Shown here: one piece after another, positions 48,469 through 58,222 of the stretch
Layout of the letters: each line of letters starts with the position of its first letter
Position numbering within the stretch: the first letter of the stretch is position 1
Origin: a virus
Direction: 5' to 3' (one strand)
Virus record (IMG/VR): IMGVR_UViG_3300025576_000001
Location: 1-64,000 of that record
DNA length: 64,000 nt
The notes under the pieces: generated by a model
Seen by the model: the letters and a program-made list of their open reading frames with translations, nothing else
What the model was told of the DNA's origin: nothing
The model's database searches: none
Position numbers and translations under genes: made by a program

Positions 48469-48996
48469 ATGACCCCGCCCCTCGTACAACTCGCATCCTA
48501 CGGCCCCGGTTGGGCTATGCTGGCAGTGTTTGCGGGCGTGTTGCTGGCGCTTGGCCTGGGCATCTGTGGCTTGCTCAAGTGGATCCTTGAGAAGCAGTAC
48601 GCGACGTTTCGCGAAGACCATCGGGACACGCGCACGTTCACCGCAACGGCCATCGAAGCATTACGGGACATTCGCAATGCCTGCGACCACTGTCACGCCG
48701 ATGTGGTGGCGACGGTCAAACAGGAGTTGGGGCAGGCGGCGGACAAAATCATTGACTCCGTGTGGGCATCGAACGAGCGCATGGTGGCGCTGTCCAGAGA
48801 GAGCAGCAAGGACATCGTCTCGGCAATTGGGCGCGAAGAAGACAGGACCATCGAGACGATACGGAACGGGCTAGCGGCCATCCAGCGCGACAACGACCTG
48901 AGCCAACGAATTCAGACCCCGCCGCCCGTGCTCGGCGTGGGCAGCCAGGTCAGAGACAGCGCGGCCCCGTCGCCATCTCGGAGGTCTGCGCGGTGA
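48469..48996 (+). CDS. membrane-anchored coiled-coil protein (holin/spanin candidate)
   Basis: One N-terminal TM segment, then helical domain. Confidence 0.45.
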   Translation: MTPPLVQLASYGPGWAMLAVFAGVLLALGLGICGLLKWILEKQYATFREDHRDTRTFTATAIEALRDIRNACDHCHADVVATVKQELGQAADKIIDSVWASNERMVALSRESSKDIVSAIGREEDRTIETIRNGLAAIQRDNDLSQRIQTPPPVLGVGSQVRDSAAPSPSRRSAR

Positions 48997-49322
48997 TCCA
49001 CCCATGGTTCTGGCTCGACATGGGCGTGCTGATGGTGGGCTCGTTCGTGCTCGGCTGGAATGCACACCTGTGGCTCTGCATGCGCCGCAAGGGCTGTCCT
49101 GTGTGGTTAGAGGAAGACGCGCGGGTCTGGAATCCCAAGGCTGAATTGAACGGCTGGCACCGACGGAGGAAGCGGCCTGCGCTGGTGCCAGACGAAGCGT
49201 GGCAGGGCTGGCGGCCAGCACCGCCAGTTGACAGCGAGAACGAAACGGGCATACCATCCCAACGCAGAGACACGCCCACGGCAGAAACGGACGTGGCGAA
49301 CAAAGATAGGAGAACTCCATGA
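48993..49322 (+). CDS. small membrane protein
   Basis: GTGA overlap; hydrophobic N-terminus. Confidence 0.4.
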   Translation: MIHPWFWLDMGVLMVGSFVLGWNAHLWLCMRRKGCPVWLEEDARVWNPKAELNGWHRRRKRPALVPDEAWQGWRPAPPVDSENETGIPSQRRDTPTAETDVANKDRRTP

Positions 49323-50245
49323 CGAAAGCGATTTCCCTCATCCTCTCGATTTTCGGCGTCCTGGTGACGGCCGGGCTGGCATTCGCCGGGACGGTGCCCC
49401 CGAAGTGGGGCCTGGTCATCGGCGCGGCTGTCACCGTCGCGTATGGCGTCGAGCGCACCTTGCAGAAGATTCTGGCGGGCGCCACCCTCAAGAGTCTGCT
49501 GTCCACCACGGAAGCATGGGGCGCGGCGCTCACCATTTTAGCCGCTCTCGCGACCGCAATCACTGGCGTTGTGCCTGTCCACTACGCGACCGCCATCGCG
49601 GCCATCGCTGTGATCATGCTGCGATTCGGGCGAGCCCTCCAGGGAGGAGCGGCCGTCGTGGCGCCACCCACTGCTGGGCAGCTATCCGACAAGCCCGGCC
49701 CGCGTCTTTCCAGCGCTGGCCCGATGGGTCGCTCTGGTAGCGGCTACGACAAGGGCAGCAGCCTCGTCAGCGTCATGATCGTGCTGGTCGGCGCGGCCCT
49801 GGCAATTCTGGCGACCACGCGCATCTGCAAGGCGCAGACCCCGAGCCCGCAGGCCATCGGCTGCTTTGACTTGGCGAACAAGTGGTGTGTGGTCCCCGCA
49901 GGCGCGGCTGGGTGGCAGGTCAATCTGAAGACCGGCTCCGTTGCGAACGGCGTCGCTCTCGCTGGTCTCGTCCTGCAACACGAACTCGGCTCCATCCCCG
50001 TGGGCGTGGGGCTCTATGGCGGTCTCGGCGCCAGTACCAACAACCAGAGCAGCTATCAGGGCTGTGCGGGAATCTCCGTGACGAACTTCGGCCTGCTGTG
50101 CATCGGTGCCCAGCACGCGACGTTCAGCGACGGTTCGACCGCGTGGCAGGGCATGCTGACGTTCGCGGGGCAGTTGACCTTCGGCGGCACGCCCGCGTAC
50201 ATGCGCGAGGCGGCGGCCAAGGCGGAACGGGGAGCGTCCAAGTGA
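49319..50245 (+). CDS. multi-pass membrane protein (holin-like N-terminus)
   Basis: Four TM segments in a duplicated pair, a fifth TM, then a beta-strand domain. Confidence 0.55.
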   Translation: MTKAISLILSIFGVLVTAGLAFAGTVPPKWGLVIGAAVTVAYGVERTLQKILAGATLKSLLSTTEAWGAALTILAALATAITGVVPVHYATAIAAIAVIMLRFGRALQGGAAVVAPPTAGQLSDKPGPRLSSAGPMGRSGSGYDKGSSLVSVMIVLVGAALAILATTRICKAQTPSPQAIGCFDLANKWCVVPAGAAGWQVNLKTGSVANGVALAGLVLQHELGSIPVGVGLYGGLGASTNNQSSYQGCAGISVTNFGLLCIGAQHATFSDGSTAWQGMLTFAGQLTFGGTPAYMREAAAKAERGASK

Positions 50246-50696
50246 CCCGCCTTCGTGACTTCTTCGGCTGCCTGGTCTGCATCGCGCTCGTGACGGCGGC
50301 GTTCTTCGCGACCGACGGGAGGACAGCATGATCCTGTTTCTCGTAGGCTTCCTGTTCGGCGCAGTGGTGATGTACGGTGGTCTTGCGTTGTCGGATTTAC
50401 CGTTTTTGCAGGAGTGCAGCCGCCTTATCGCAGACGCAAGGAAGTTGAACGACGATACCGCTTCCTACTTCAAGGGGAGGTCAGCGTGACCACCGGCAAG
50501 GCGGCAGTTTTTGCGGCTGAGTTCAACCGCAAGCGCATGGACTTCGGCGGTGTCGCGAATTGCCAGCCATCGCCCGTCGAGTGTGTGCGTGCGGGCTGCG
50601 AGGCCATGCGCTACCTGATGCTGTCCGAGGAGGACGAATCGCAGCTTTCCGTGGCTGACCAGGACATCTACACCAACATCGTGGGAGAGCACTAAC

Positions 50697-50891
50697 ATGA
50701 CCCAATCCCTCGAATTTCGTCGGGCCATCTTCGCCGCTGCCTTCATTGCCGAGGGCAACAAGTTTCAGGGCCGCACGAAGGAAGACTGCATCCGTGAGGG
50801 GCTGCACCAGGTGCGCAGTCTCCAGTCCGTTGACCTGACCAAACTCACCCTCGACGAGCAAGGCGAACTTGCGGAATTGGTGACACCATGA
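50697..50891 (+). CDS. hypothetical protein
   Basis: 64-aa ORF coupled to the peptidase gene. Confidence 0.45.
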   Translation: MTQSLEFRRAIFAAAFIAEGNKFQGRTKEDCIREGLHQVRSLQSVDLTKLTLDEQGELAELVTP

Positions 50892-51748
50892 TCCACTACC
50901 AACGTCTCAACTGTGCCCCCAAGCAGGACTACCGCCCGCCGCGTCCCGGTCGTCTCAAGCTGTCGTGGAACCTGCACCCGAAGGCGGCGCAGTCGTCGGT
51001 GCTCCAAGCCAGCGACCTGACGCCGTGGATGCCGCCTGTGGGCAACCAGGACCAGATCGGCGCTTGCAACTCCTACGGCACCAAGGACGGCGCCTCCACG
51101 TCGCTCGTGAAGGCTGGTCATCCTGTGCCGGGCTACTTCGCGGCACTGCCTCTCTACCGCGCAACCCGCTGTATGGAGCGCGCGGCGGCCGGGCTTGACC
51201 CGGCGACGAATCCACTCACCGATTCGGGCGCGAATCCTGACGACGTACTGGCCGTCATCCACAACTGGGGGATGCAGACCAGCGCGGCCGAGTGCGGCGA
51301 GATCGGCCCGAGTGCGGCGCTTTCGGCCTACGAGGACCAGCACTGCAACGATGAGCCAACGGCGCGCGAGTTCGAGCAAGACAGCTCGTTCAAGGTCGTG
51401 GGCGGTTTCGACATCACCAGCACGGGCGACCAGCGTTTGCTCGACGTGAGCAACGCGCTTGCGGCCGGATATGCCGTGGGCATCTCGGTCTATGCGGCTG
51501 ATGCGCGATTCCAGGGCTACTCGAGCGGCGTACTGCCAGACCCGCCGGCTGGCGCGGGCTGCGACCACTGGAATTACCTCGTCGGGCTTGACCTGACGAC
51601 GGGACCGCTATTCGTCGGCGTGAACTCGTGGACAGCCACCAACTGGGGCCGCGCATGGGGCTCGGCCCCTGGCGGTCTCTGGCTCGGCGGCCCCGGCATC
51701 ATTCAGGCGGCCGACGCACTCATCGTTTACGCAGTCTCGGAGGTGTGA
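50888..51748 (+). CDS. papain-like (C1) cysteine peptidase
   Basis: NQDQIGAC (Q, C), DHWNYLVG (H), VNSW...WG (N). Confidence 0.85.
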   Translation: MIHYQRLNCAPKQDYRPPRPGRLKLSWNLHPKAAQSSVLQASDLTPWMPPVGNQDQIGACNSYGTKDGASTSLVKAGHPVPGYFAALPLYRATRCMERAAAGLDPATNPLTDSGANPDDVLAVIHNWGMQTSAAECGEIGPSAALSAYEDQHCNDEPTAREFEQDSSFKVVGGFDITSTGDQRLLDVSNALAAGYAVGISVYAADARFQGYSSGVLPDPPAGAGCDHWNYLVGLDLTTGPLFVGVNSWTATNWGRAWGSAPGGLWLGGPGIIQAADALIVYAVSEV

Positions 51749-51750
51749 CC

Positions 51751-52071
51751 ATGGATACCAAAGACAAGAACCGCTTGAAGCGAGTGACGGCATTTGTGCT
51801 CTGGGCGTGGCTGCTTCCCATCTACACCACCGCCTCGAACTGTGCCGGAACGCAGCCCATCCCGACGCCGACCGTGGACGCGGGCTCGCCCTACGCGGCA
51901 GCGTGCGCGAATCTCGCCTCTCTAGGGTGCGCCGACGGGACCGCGCCGAACTGTGCCGCCATCCTCGGCCAGATGGTTTCGGGCCGAATGACGACGGTCA
52001 ACCTGCCCTACCTCACCGCCGCGAAAGACATCCCATCGGCCGTCGCGTGCGGCGCCGTGCTGTGCAAATGA
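51751..52071 (+). CDS. Cys-rich exported protein/lipoprotein
   Basis: Hydrophobic signal, TVDAG linker, ACANLASLGC. Confidence 0.55.
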   Translation: MDTKDKNRLKRVTAFVLWAWLLPIYTTASNCAGTQPIPTPTVDAGSPYAAACANLASLGCADGTAPNCAAILGQMVSGRMTTVNLPYLTAAKDIPSAVACGAVLCK

Positions 52072-52337
52072 CCATGACCTACCGATACGGCGGCATCTTT
52101 CCTCCAGGCAAGAAACCAACGCAGGATACAACTGCGCCAGTCCTGAACGCCCATGAAGCCGGTCTGCGCGAAGGCCGACAGCAGGCCCTCAAGTGGGTCG
52201 CCGATGGCTTGGAAAAACTCGGGCCGATCTTCGTTAAGGGCGGCTGGCCGGCGAAGACCTTGCTCGAAGGCTTCGCGGCGCAGGTGCAGAAGTATCTGCG
52301 CACGGGCGACCTGCCGGGAACGGGAGACGACGAGTGA
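52068..52337 (+). CDS. hypothetical protein
   Basis: Coupled ORF MTMTYRYGG. Confidence 0.45.
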   Translation: MTMTYRYGGIFPPGKKPTQDTTAPVLNAHEAGLREGRQQALKWVADGLEKLGPIFVKGGWPAKTLLEGFAAQVQKYLRTGDLPGTGDDE

Positions 52338-52534
52338 CCGAAAAAGAAATCCGCAAGCGCCTCGCAACCGCGAAGCCGGCGGAAGTGCCCATCGTGTGCC
52401 TGTATCTCGTCGCTGCGGTGTTCGAGGGACCACCGCTGGAACTTCCCGACCCCGCCGAATGCCGCCGTGCCGAACGCGCAGCCTACTGGCGACGAGTCCA
52501 CAAGCGAGTCCGCGAGATGGAGCAACGCCAGTGA
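52334..52534 (+). CDS. hypothetical protein
   Basis: Coupled ORF. Confidence 0.45.
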   Translation: MTEKEIRKRLATAKPAEVPIVCLYLVAAVFEGPPLELPDPAECRRAERAAYWRRVHKRVREMEQRQ

Positions 52535-52998
52535 GCCGCGCCTCTCACCGTGACGCCATCCACGCGCTTCTGGACGCGGGGCTTGATCTCAAGTCCATTT
52601 CAGAGCGCTTGGGGCTGAAAGAATCAACGGTCTTTGTCCATCGCACTTATTGGCGCAAGGTGCGCAAGTTAGGACCACTCAGGTACGGGCCGCGGAAACG
52701 CAAGCTCGTGGTCGAGCTGGACAAACAGGGACTCTCAATCCCGGAGATAGCGGCTCGCATGGGAATCAGCCGGGAAGCGGTAGCGTCGCACAGAAGGCTG
52801 GCTGGCTTACCCCGAAAGGAAGTCAAATCGCCGGGTGCGACCGGCAAGACGTGGAAGAAGGAAGCCGTCCAGGTGCCGGACCTCGGGCGGTGCCGATGGT
52901 GCGGGCTCAGTAATCCCTGCACATGCACGGGTCCGCGCCACGCGACTGACCATATGGGCCGGCGCGAGGAACCGAACTTTGCGCTGGGGAACGGCTGA
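52531..52998 (+). CDS. double-HTH DNA-binding protein
   Basis: GLDLKSISERLGLKESTV and GLSIPEIAARMGISREAV; C-terminal Cys cluster. Confidence 0.65.
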   Translation: MSRASHRDAIHALLDAGLDLKSISERLGLKESTVFVHRTYWRKVRKLGPLRYGPRKRKLVVELDKQGLSIPEIAARMGISREAVASHRRLAGLPRKEVKSPGATGKTWKKEAVQVPDLGRCRWCGLSNPCTCTGPRHATDHMGRREEPNFALGNG

Positions 52999-53001
52999 AC
53001 C

Positions 53002-54334
53002 TTGACATCCTCCGCCCCCTAAAGGAGGCGGATTCCCGGCTTCACAACCGAGCTTTTCTGCTTCAACTCTGACTGCACCGCATCCCGAAGAACACGATGG
53101 CTAACACCAGATCCGCAGACTTCACCCTTTCGGGCTACGTCGAGTCCCGACGCAAGGATATTCTTTGCTGCATTCTCGTCTCGGTCGTGCTGTACCTGGC
53201 AGCTTGGGCAAGTCCAGTTGCGCACGTCGAGAGGCAGGAGCTCGACGACGTGGCCACAAGCAGAGCATGTCTTGCTGCTGGGATAGAAGCGGTCGACCTT
53301 GATCAACTCCCGGCCGTACCAGGCGCACTTGTACGCGAGGACGGTCAGGAGCATGCGCCAAGCAGCGTCCGAGATTACTCGGGCGAGGCAGTGGTTGCGG
53401 ACCATTCCAGCGACGTTCAAATCCTCGACTACGATCACTTGGTTCTCGCGAACGATTCTTGTCGAGAGCTTTTGCATTTGGTCGCGGCGACGGTCTGCCA
53501 CCTTGGCATGGAGACGAGCGAGCTTGATTCGAGCTTTGTACCTGTTGCGGCTTCCTTTCTGTTTGCGGGCGAGCGCACGGGAGAGGCGCCGCTTGCGCTT
53601 CAACTCTCGGGCGTCGTGCTTGAGGTTGGGAATCTTCTCCCCCGTGGAGAGCGTGGCCAGGGCGTTGATGCCCAGGTCGATGCCAACGGCGGTCTTGAGC
53701 TTGGGCAGGTGCTTGACGGCCTTGTCCTCGCAGAGCAGGGACACGTGCCAGCGCTGGGCGGCGTCCAGCGATACCGAAGCACTGGACGGCTCCGCCCCCT
53801 CTGGCAACGGGCGGCTCCAGCGGATGTCGAGGGGCGCCTCCATCTTGGCCAAGGTGAGCTTGCCAGCGGCGAAGCGGAACCCGCTGCGGGTGAACTCGGC
53901 CGAGCCGCCCGCGCGCTTCTTCTTGAAGCTGGGGTACTTCGCACGCTTGGCGAAGAAATTGGAGTAGGCGGTTTGCAGATGCCGCAAGGTCTGCTGGACG
54001 GGGACGCTCGACACTTCGTTCAGGAAGGCAAGCTCGGGCTCCTTCTTCCAGCCCGTGAGCGCGGTGCTCTGGGCCGCGTACCCGATGGACTTTTTGCCCG
54101 AGGTCCACGCTTCACTGCGCTCGTGCAGGGCGCGGTTGTAGACGAGACGGCAACACCCGATGGTCCGACGAAGCAAGACCTCTTGCTCGGCGGTCGGGTA
54201 GAACCGGTACTTGAATCCTCTCAACGGCACACTTGCAGAATACGCTGTGCGCGTGTAAAGTCAACCATCGTAGCAACCGGACGGCGTTTCCTCTGCCAGC
54301 TAAAGCAGGCAGTATCCACGCCGGGGAGTATTTG
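53002..54334 (-). mobile_element. IS200/IS605-family (IS1341-type, tnpB only) element
   Basis: Subterminal hairpins with CTTTAG loops at both ends, TCAA right end, TCAT 5' of left end, no tnpA. Confidence 0.85.
53019..54230 (-). CDS. tnpB: RNA-guided endonuclease TnpB
   Basis: FKYRFYPT HTH, GIDLG / VEDL / DRDENAA RuvC triad intact, CSAC..CPSC zinc finger. Confidence 0.95.
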   Translation of the reverse strand: MPLRGFKYRFYPTAEQEVLLRRTIGCCRLVYNRALHERSEAWTSGKKSIGYAAQSTALTGWKKEPELAFLNEVSSVPVQQTLRHLQTAYSNFFAKRAKYPSFKKKRAGGSAEFTRSGFRFAAGKLTLAKMEAPLDIRWSRPLPEGAEPSSASVSLDAAQRWHVSLLCEDKAVKHLPKLKTAVGIDLGINALATLSTGEKIPNLKHDARELKRKRRLSRALARKQKGSRNRYKARIKLARLHAKVADRRRDQMQKLSTRIVRENQVIVVEDLNVAGMVRNHCLARVISDAAWRMLLTVLAYKCAWYGRELIKVDRFYPSSKTCSACGHVVELLPLDVRNWTCPSCQVQHDRDENAAKNILASGLDVARKGEVCGSGVSHRVLRDAVQSELKQKSSVVKPGIRLL

Positions 54335-54919
54335 ATGACCCTCAACATCTCCGACTACTTTGCCGACCTGCAAGCCCACGAGTACGCGACCACGTGGCTC
54401 TACTGCGACCGGCTCGGGTACGTCACCATTGGGATCGGCTGTCGCGTCTTCAACGCCGATGCAGCGGCGGCGCTGCCCTGGGCGACTGGCAAGGATGACC
54501 CACGCGCAGCCTGGTTGCGCGTTCACAATGCGTTTGGGCCCGCGAAGCCATCGGCGCTGTACTACCAGAGCTTCAGCGACTTGCGGCTGACCATGGACGC
54601 CGTGACCGCCATGGTGGCGCAACGGCTCGAGACTGAGTTCATGCCGTGCCTGTATCGGCTGTGTCCCGGCTTCGATGACTTCCCGTTGCCCGCGCGCCGG
54701 GCACTCGTCGATATGGCGTGGCAGTACGGCGACGAAAGCAGCACCAGGGGCCTCGCGGGATTCCCGTCGATGCTCGCGGCGTGCAACTCTGACCCGCCCG
54801 ATTGGGCGACGGCTGCGATCGAGAGTCACGGGGAGTGCAGCGCCGAGAGGAATGCTTGGCGGGCGCAGATGTTTGAGGAGGCTGCCAGCGCGCCAGCCGG
54901 GCCGGTGCCGATGAGTTGA
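54335..54919 (+). CDS. GH24-type lysozyme (endolysin)
   Basis: E-x8-D-x5-T triad in HEYATTWLYCDRLGYVTIGIG; ALVDMAWQYG. Confidence 0.8.
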   Translation: MTLNISDYFADLQAHEYATTWLYCDRLGYVTIGIGCRVFNADAAAALPWATGKDDPRAAWLRVHNAFGPAKPSALYYQSFSDLRLTMDAVTAMVAQRLETEFMPCLYRLCPGFDDFPLPARRALVDMAWQYGDESSTRGLAGFPSMLAACNSDPPDWATAAIESHGECSAERNAWRAQMFEEAASAPAGPVPMS

Positions 54920-54952
54920 CCGCGCGCCGCAGTCGGTGGTAAAGCGCAAGCC

Positions 54953-55192
54953 ATGCCATCATCCGTTCAAGCCGTCGAAGCAATCCAATATCCCGCGCGT
55001 CTCCGAGGCGTCCACCTGGAGCAACTGCACTCAGCCGAGGCCACGGCCCTGAGCGGGCGCAACTATTACCGTCGGGCCATCGCGCGCCTGGAGGCTGAGC
55101 TTGCGGAAAAGCGCGAACTGCTGACCGCGGCTGAGGCGCGCTACGAGGAAATCCGCCGACGGGTCGAGCAGCAGGAAGAACCGGCCCTGTGA
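54953..55192 (+). CDS. coiled-coil hypothetical protein
   Basis: ORF track; heptad pattern. Confidence 0.45.
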   Translation: MPSSVQAVEAIQYPARLRGVHLEQLHSAEATALSGRNYYRRAIARLEAELAEKRELLTAAEARYEEIRRRVEQQEEPAL

Positions 55193-55593
55193 AGCTGGCC
55201 ATCGTGCTGTCCGCGTTCTGCCTGCACTGGCCATCGGCACTGCCAGGACAACTCACGCATGCAGCACGGGCAGCCCACGTCCCGGTGGCGCTGTTCGCGG
55301 CCAACATCGGAGCGGAGAGCACTTGCGACAACCGGCGCGTCTCGCGGCTTGGGGCCATCGGCTACGGGCAGATTCTTCCCGGTGGCAGCGCAGCCCAAGG
55401 TCACACCAGGCGGCAACTGCGCCGATCGCGCCTCAACCTGCGACTGGCAGCCGAGCATCTTCATCGCGGCTTGCGGCTCTGTCACGGGAATGCACGCGAA
55501 GCCGTCGCGTTTTACTCGGGCGTCTGGCCCTGCCAAGAGACGGCGTGGTCACGTCGAGTGGTCGCTGCGGTCGAACGAGCACGGCGTTCTTGA
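55189..55593 (+). CDS. lytic transglycosylase (SLT domain)
   Basis: AES..SRLGAIGYGQILP, NLRLAAEHL, AVAFY; signal-like N-terminus. Confidence 0.75.
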   Translation: MKLAIVLSAFCLHWPSALPGQLTHAARAAHVPVALFAANIGAESTCDNRRVSRLGAIGYGQILPGGSAAQGHTRRQLRRSRLNLRLAAEHLHRGLRLCHGNAREAVAFYSGVWPCQETAWSRRVVAAVERARRS

Positions 55594-56035
55594 CAGGGCA
55601 AACGTCCCGGGCGACAATGCCGGCACGTCCCAGAGTTGGGCTCTGGCACGGGCCACCGGTCTACGTGTGGCGCACGCCAGAGGACGCGCGGGAGACGCTG
55701 GCCGGGCTGGGACTGCGGGTCTGACCACCGGGCCGCTCCTCGACGAGTAGCTCGTAGTCCGCATCGTCGGCGCACGCCGGGAATCGCACGCGGAGTGCGC
55801 GCGTAGGCGGCTGAGACGGATTAGCGTTGACGGCGAGCATAGTATATTGATACACGATGCCGAGAGCGGAGTCAAGCAGGGCGTGGCCCGGGTACTGTCC
55901 TAACTAGGACACTCCAACGCGCCGTGATGCTCAAACTGGGACACTCGCGCACGCCGCGCAATACAGGCTGACATCATGGATGCATGATGTAGGCATCACG
56001 GGTGTTTTGCGCGTCATGCAATTCGTCACGGATGT

Positions 56036-56065
56036 ACCCTAACGGACCTTGACAGACCCTAACGG
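56036..56065 (+). promoter_or_regulatory. promoter with direct-repeat operator
   Basis: ACCCTAACGG twice, flanking TTGACA (56049-56054). Confidence 0.5.
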
Positions 56066-56090
56066 GTATCGTAGGAACAGCATCAACGCC

Positions 56091-56555
56091 ATGAGTACGC
56101 AAACCGCCGGAACCGATCACGTCATCGACGAAACCATTCGGGAAGCGCTTGCCCGTTTGGAAGCCGAACGAAAGCGCGTGACGTCTCGTCTTGATGCCAG
56201 AATTTCTCAGCTTCGCTCCATGCTGGACTCCGACGGAACGTTAGACATGTTCCCCGAGCCCATTGCGAAGCCGGAAACCGTTCCGACATCGGAAACCACT
56301 TCTACCAGGGATGGGGAGCCTGACGTTGCCCCGAGCGGGCAGTCACAAAAGAAGGTCTTTCTGTATTTGCAAAAGCATCCCCATGCCGGATATCAGGAAC
56401 TGGCTGATGGCATTTTTGGAGCGCGCGATCAACTGACGTTCAACAAGCTCCGCAGCACCATCTGGGCATTGAAGAAGGGAAAGTGGATCACGGGGGGTGA
56501 CGCCGGTGCATGGAAGATCGGAAGCGGGAAGGGAGGACATCCCGCCGGTAATTGA
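56091..56555 (+). CDS. coiled-coil plus winged-helix regulator
   Basis: KKVFLYLQKHPHAGYQELA...LRSTIWALKKGKWI. Confidence 0.55.
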   Translation: MSTQTAGTDHVIDETIREALARLEAERKRVTSRLDARISQLRSMLDSDGTLDMFPEPIAKPETVPTSETTSTRDGEPDVAPSGQSQKKVFLYLQKHPHAGYQELADGIFGARDQLTFNKLRSTIWALKKGKWITGGDAGAWKIGSGKGGHPAGN

Positions 56556-56639
56556 CCTACATACTCGAAGCGCCCACCGGGTGCTGAAGACATCCGATGA
56601 GCGCTGGCCGGGACAACCCGGCTTGTCGATCTCCCGGTC

Positions 56640-56684
56640 CTAGAAGGTATCCGTCGAAACCAACACCGACAGGATACCTTCTAG
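56640..56684. terminator. strong hairpin between convergent genes
   Basis: CTAGAAGGTATCC...GGATACCTTCTAG 13-bp stem. Confidence 0.5.
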
Positions 56685-56838
56685 CGAACAAGATCGCAAG
56701 CCCCTTATGACGGCAAGTAGGGCCGCTGAGAGGGAGTTGTGCGTGCGAATGCGTGCGAAAAAAGTTGAAGGCATCCCTGGTCCGGCGTCTCAGCGTCGGA
56801 CCGGGGCTCTGCCCCGTCCGTCCCGTGCCACAGCGTCG

Positions 56839-57108
56839 TTAGCGCTTGGGGCTGGCAGCCATTGCCATCGGCGCTCTCGGAGCGGGCGAACACCCATCAG
56901 ATCCAAGAGCATGAACTTCCGGCGGGGCGAGCAGCGTCGTGGCGATCGTGTTCACTTTTGTAGAGATGGCGTTGGCGGTGGCATCAAGATTACTGAGACG
57001 AGCTTCTATATTGGTCAGTCGCCCCTCGATACCGGCCAGCCTTGCTGAAAGCCTATCCTCGCAAGCCTGAAGTGAAGCCACCAGATGTTCTTTTTCCGTC
57101 TGCGGCAT
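56839..57108 (-). CDS. coiled-coil protein
   Basis: RLAGIEGRLTNIEARLSNLD heptads. Confidence 0.5.
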   Translation of the reverse strand: MPQTEKEHLVASLQACEDRLSARLAGIEGRLTNIEARLSNLDATANAISTKVNTIATTLLAPPEVHALGSDGCSPAPRAPMAMAASPKR

Positions 57109-57244
57109 TAGGACATTTTGAAGACGCGCTGCGCGGGTGTCAAGAAAGAACTTCTGATTCCTAAGTTCTGTCCCTATTCGGCCCATCCCTTGCAATGGCG
57201 ATTATGCACTTGACAACACCAGTTGCGAGGCGTAGTCTTGAGGC

Positions 57245-58222
57245 ATGACGACGAAGAACACAGACGGCAGCGACCTGACGCTGATGTCGGTGATGACGCG
57301 CTTTTCTACGGAAGAGGCAGCGCGTGACTACTTCGAGAGCATCCGCTGGCCCGAAGGCCCGACCTGCCCGCACTGTGGAAACGCTGACCAGGCACGCATC
57401 TACGCCCTCACTCCCGACGCTGGCTCCAAGGTCCGGCCGGGCCTCCGTAAGTGTGGCGACTGCCGCGACACCTTCACCGTGACCGTCGGAACCGTGATGG
57501 AGGATTCACACATCCCGTTGAACAAGTGGCTGATCGCCTTCTACATGATGTGTGCCAGCAAGACCCAAGTCTCGGCGTTGCAGCTCATGCGCCAGCTTGA
57601 GATCGGCTCCTACCACACCGCGCTTTTCCTCTGCCACCGCATCCGGTTCGCTCTCGCCGAGTTCTTCCCGACGCAGAAACTTGCTGGCACGGTTGAGGCT
57701 GATGAAACTTACCTGGGTGGTAAGATGCGCGGACGTGGACGAGGCTACGTGAAGAACAAGACCGCAGTCGTCTCGCTCGTCGAGCGTGATGGGAACGTGC
57801 GCTCGCGCGTGATCGGCTCCGACACCGTGACGGGCAAGGCGATCACGACCCTCCTGAAAGAGCACGTTGCCGAGACGGCCCATCTGAACACGGACGAGTC
57901 ACCCCTTTACACCCAGGTCGGAACTCACTTCGCATCCCACGACACCGTGAACCACAGCAAAGAAGAGTACGCCCGCAAGGACAAGGACACCGACCGCCTG
58001 GCGACCACCAACACGGTCGAGGGCTTCTTCGGAAACGCCAAGCGCAGCATCGATGGCACCCACCACAACATCAGCCGTCGGCGCACGGGCCTCTACATGG
58101 CCGAGATCGATCACAAGTACAACACGCGCAAGATGACCGATGGTGAGCGCACCGTGGTCGGCATCCGGCGCATGGAAGGGAAGCGGCTCTTTGCTCGCTC
58201 CCCGAAGCGGAAGGTCGGATAG
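57245..58222 (+). CDS. IS1595-family DDE transposase
   Basis: RWPEGPTCPHC zinc ribbon, VEADETY, TDE, TNTVEGFF. Confidence 0.95.
   Translation: MTTKNTDGSDLTLMSVMTRFSTEEAARDYFESIRWPEGPTCPHCGNADQARIYALTPDAGSKVRPGLRKCGDCRDTFTVTVGTVMEDSHIPLNKWLIAFYMMCASKTQVSALQLMRQLEIGSYHTALFLCHRIRFALAEFFPTQKLAGTVEADETYLGGKMRGRGRGYVKNKTAVVSLVERDGNVRSRVIGSDTVTGKAITTLLKEHVAETAHLNTDESPLYTQVGTHFASHDTVNHSKEEYARKDKDTDRLATTNTVEGFFGNAKRSIDGTHHNISRRRTGLYMAEIDHKYNTRKMTDGERTVVGIRRMEGKRLFARSPKRKVG

Noticed and set aside
53097-54335. 412-aa + strand ORF over tnpB
   Set aside because: Antisense shadow frame, typical of high-GC tnpB genes
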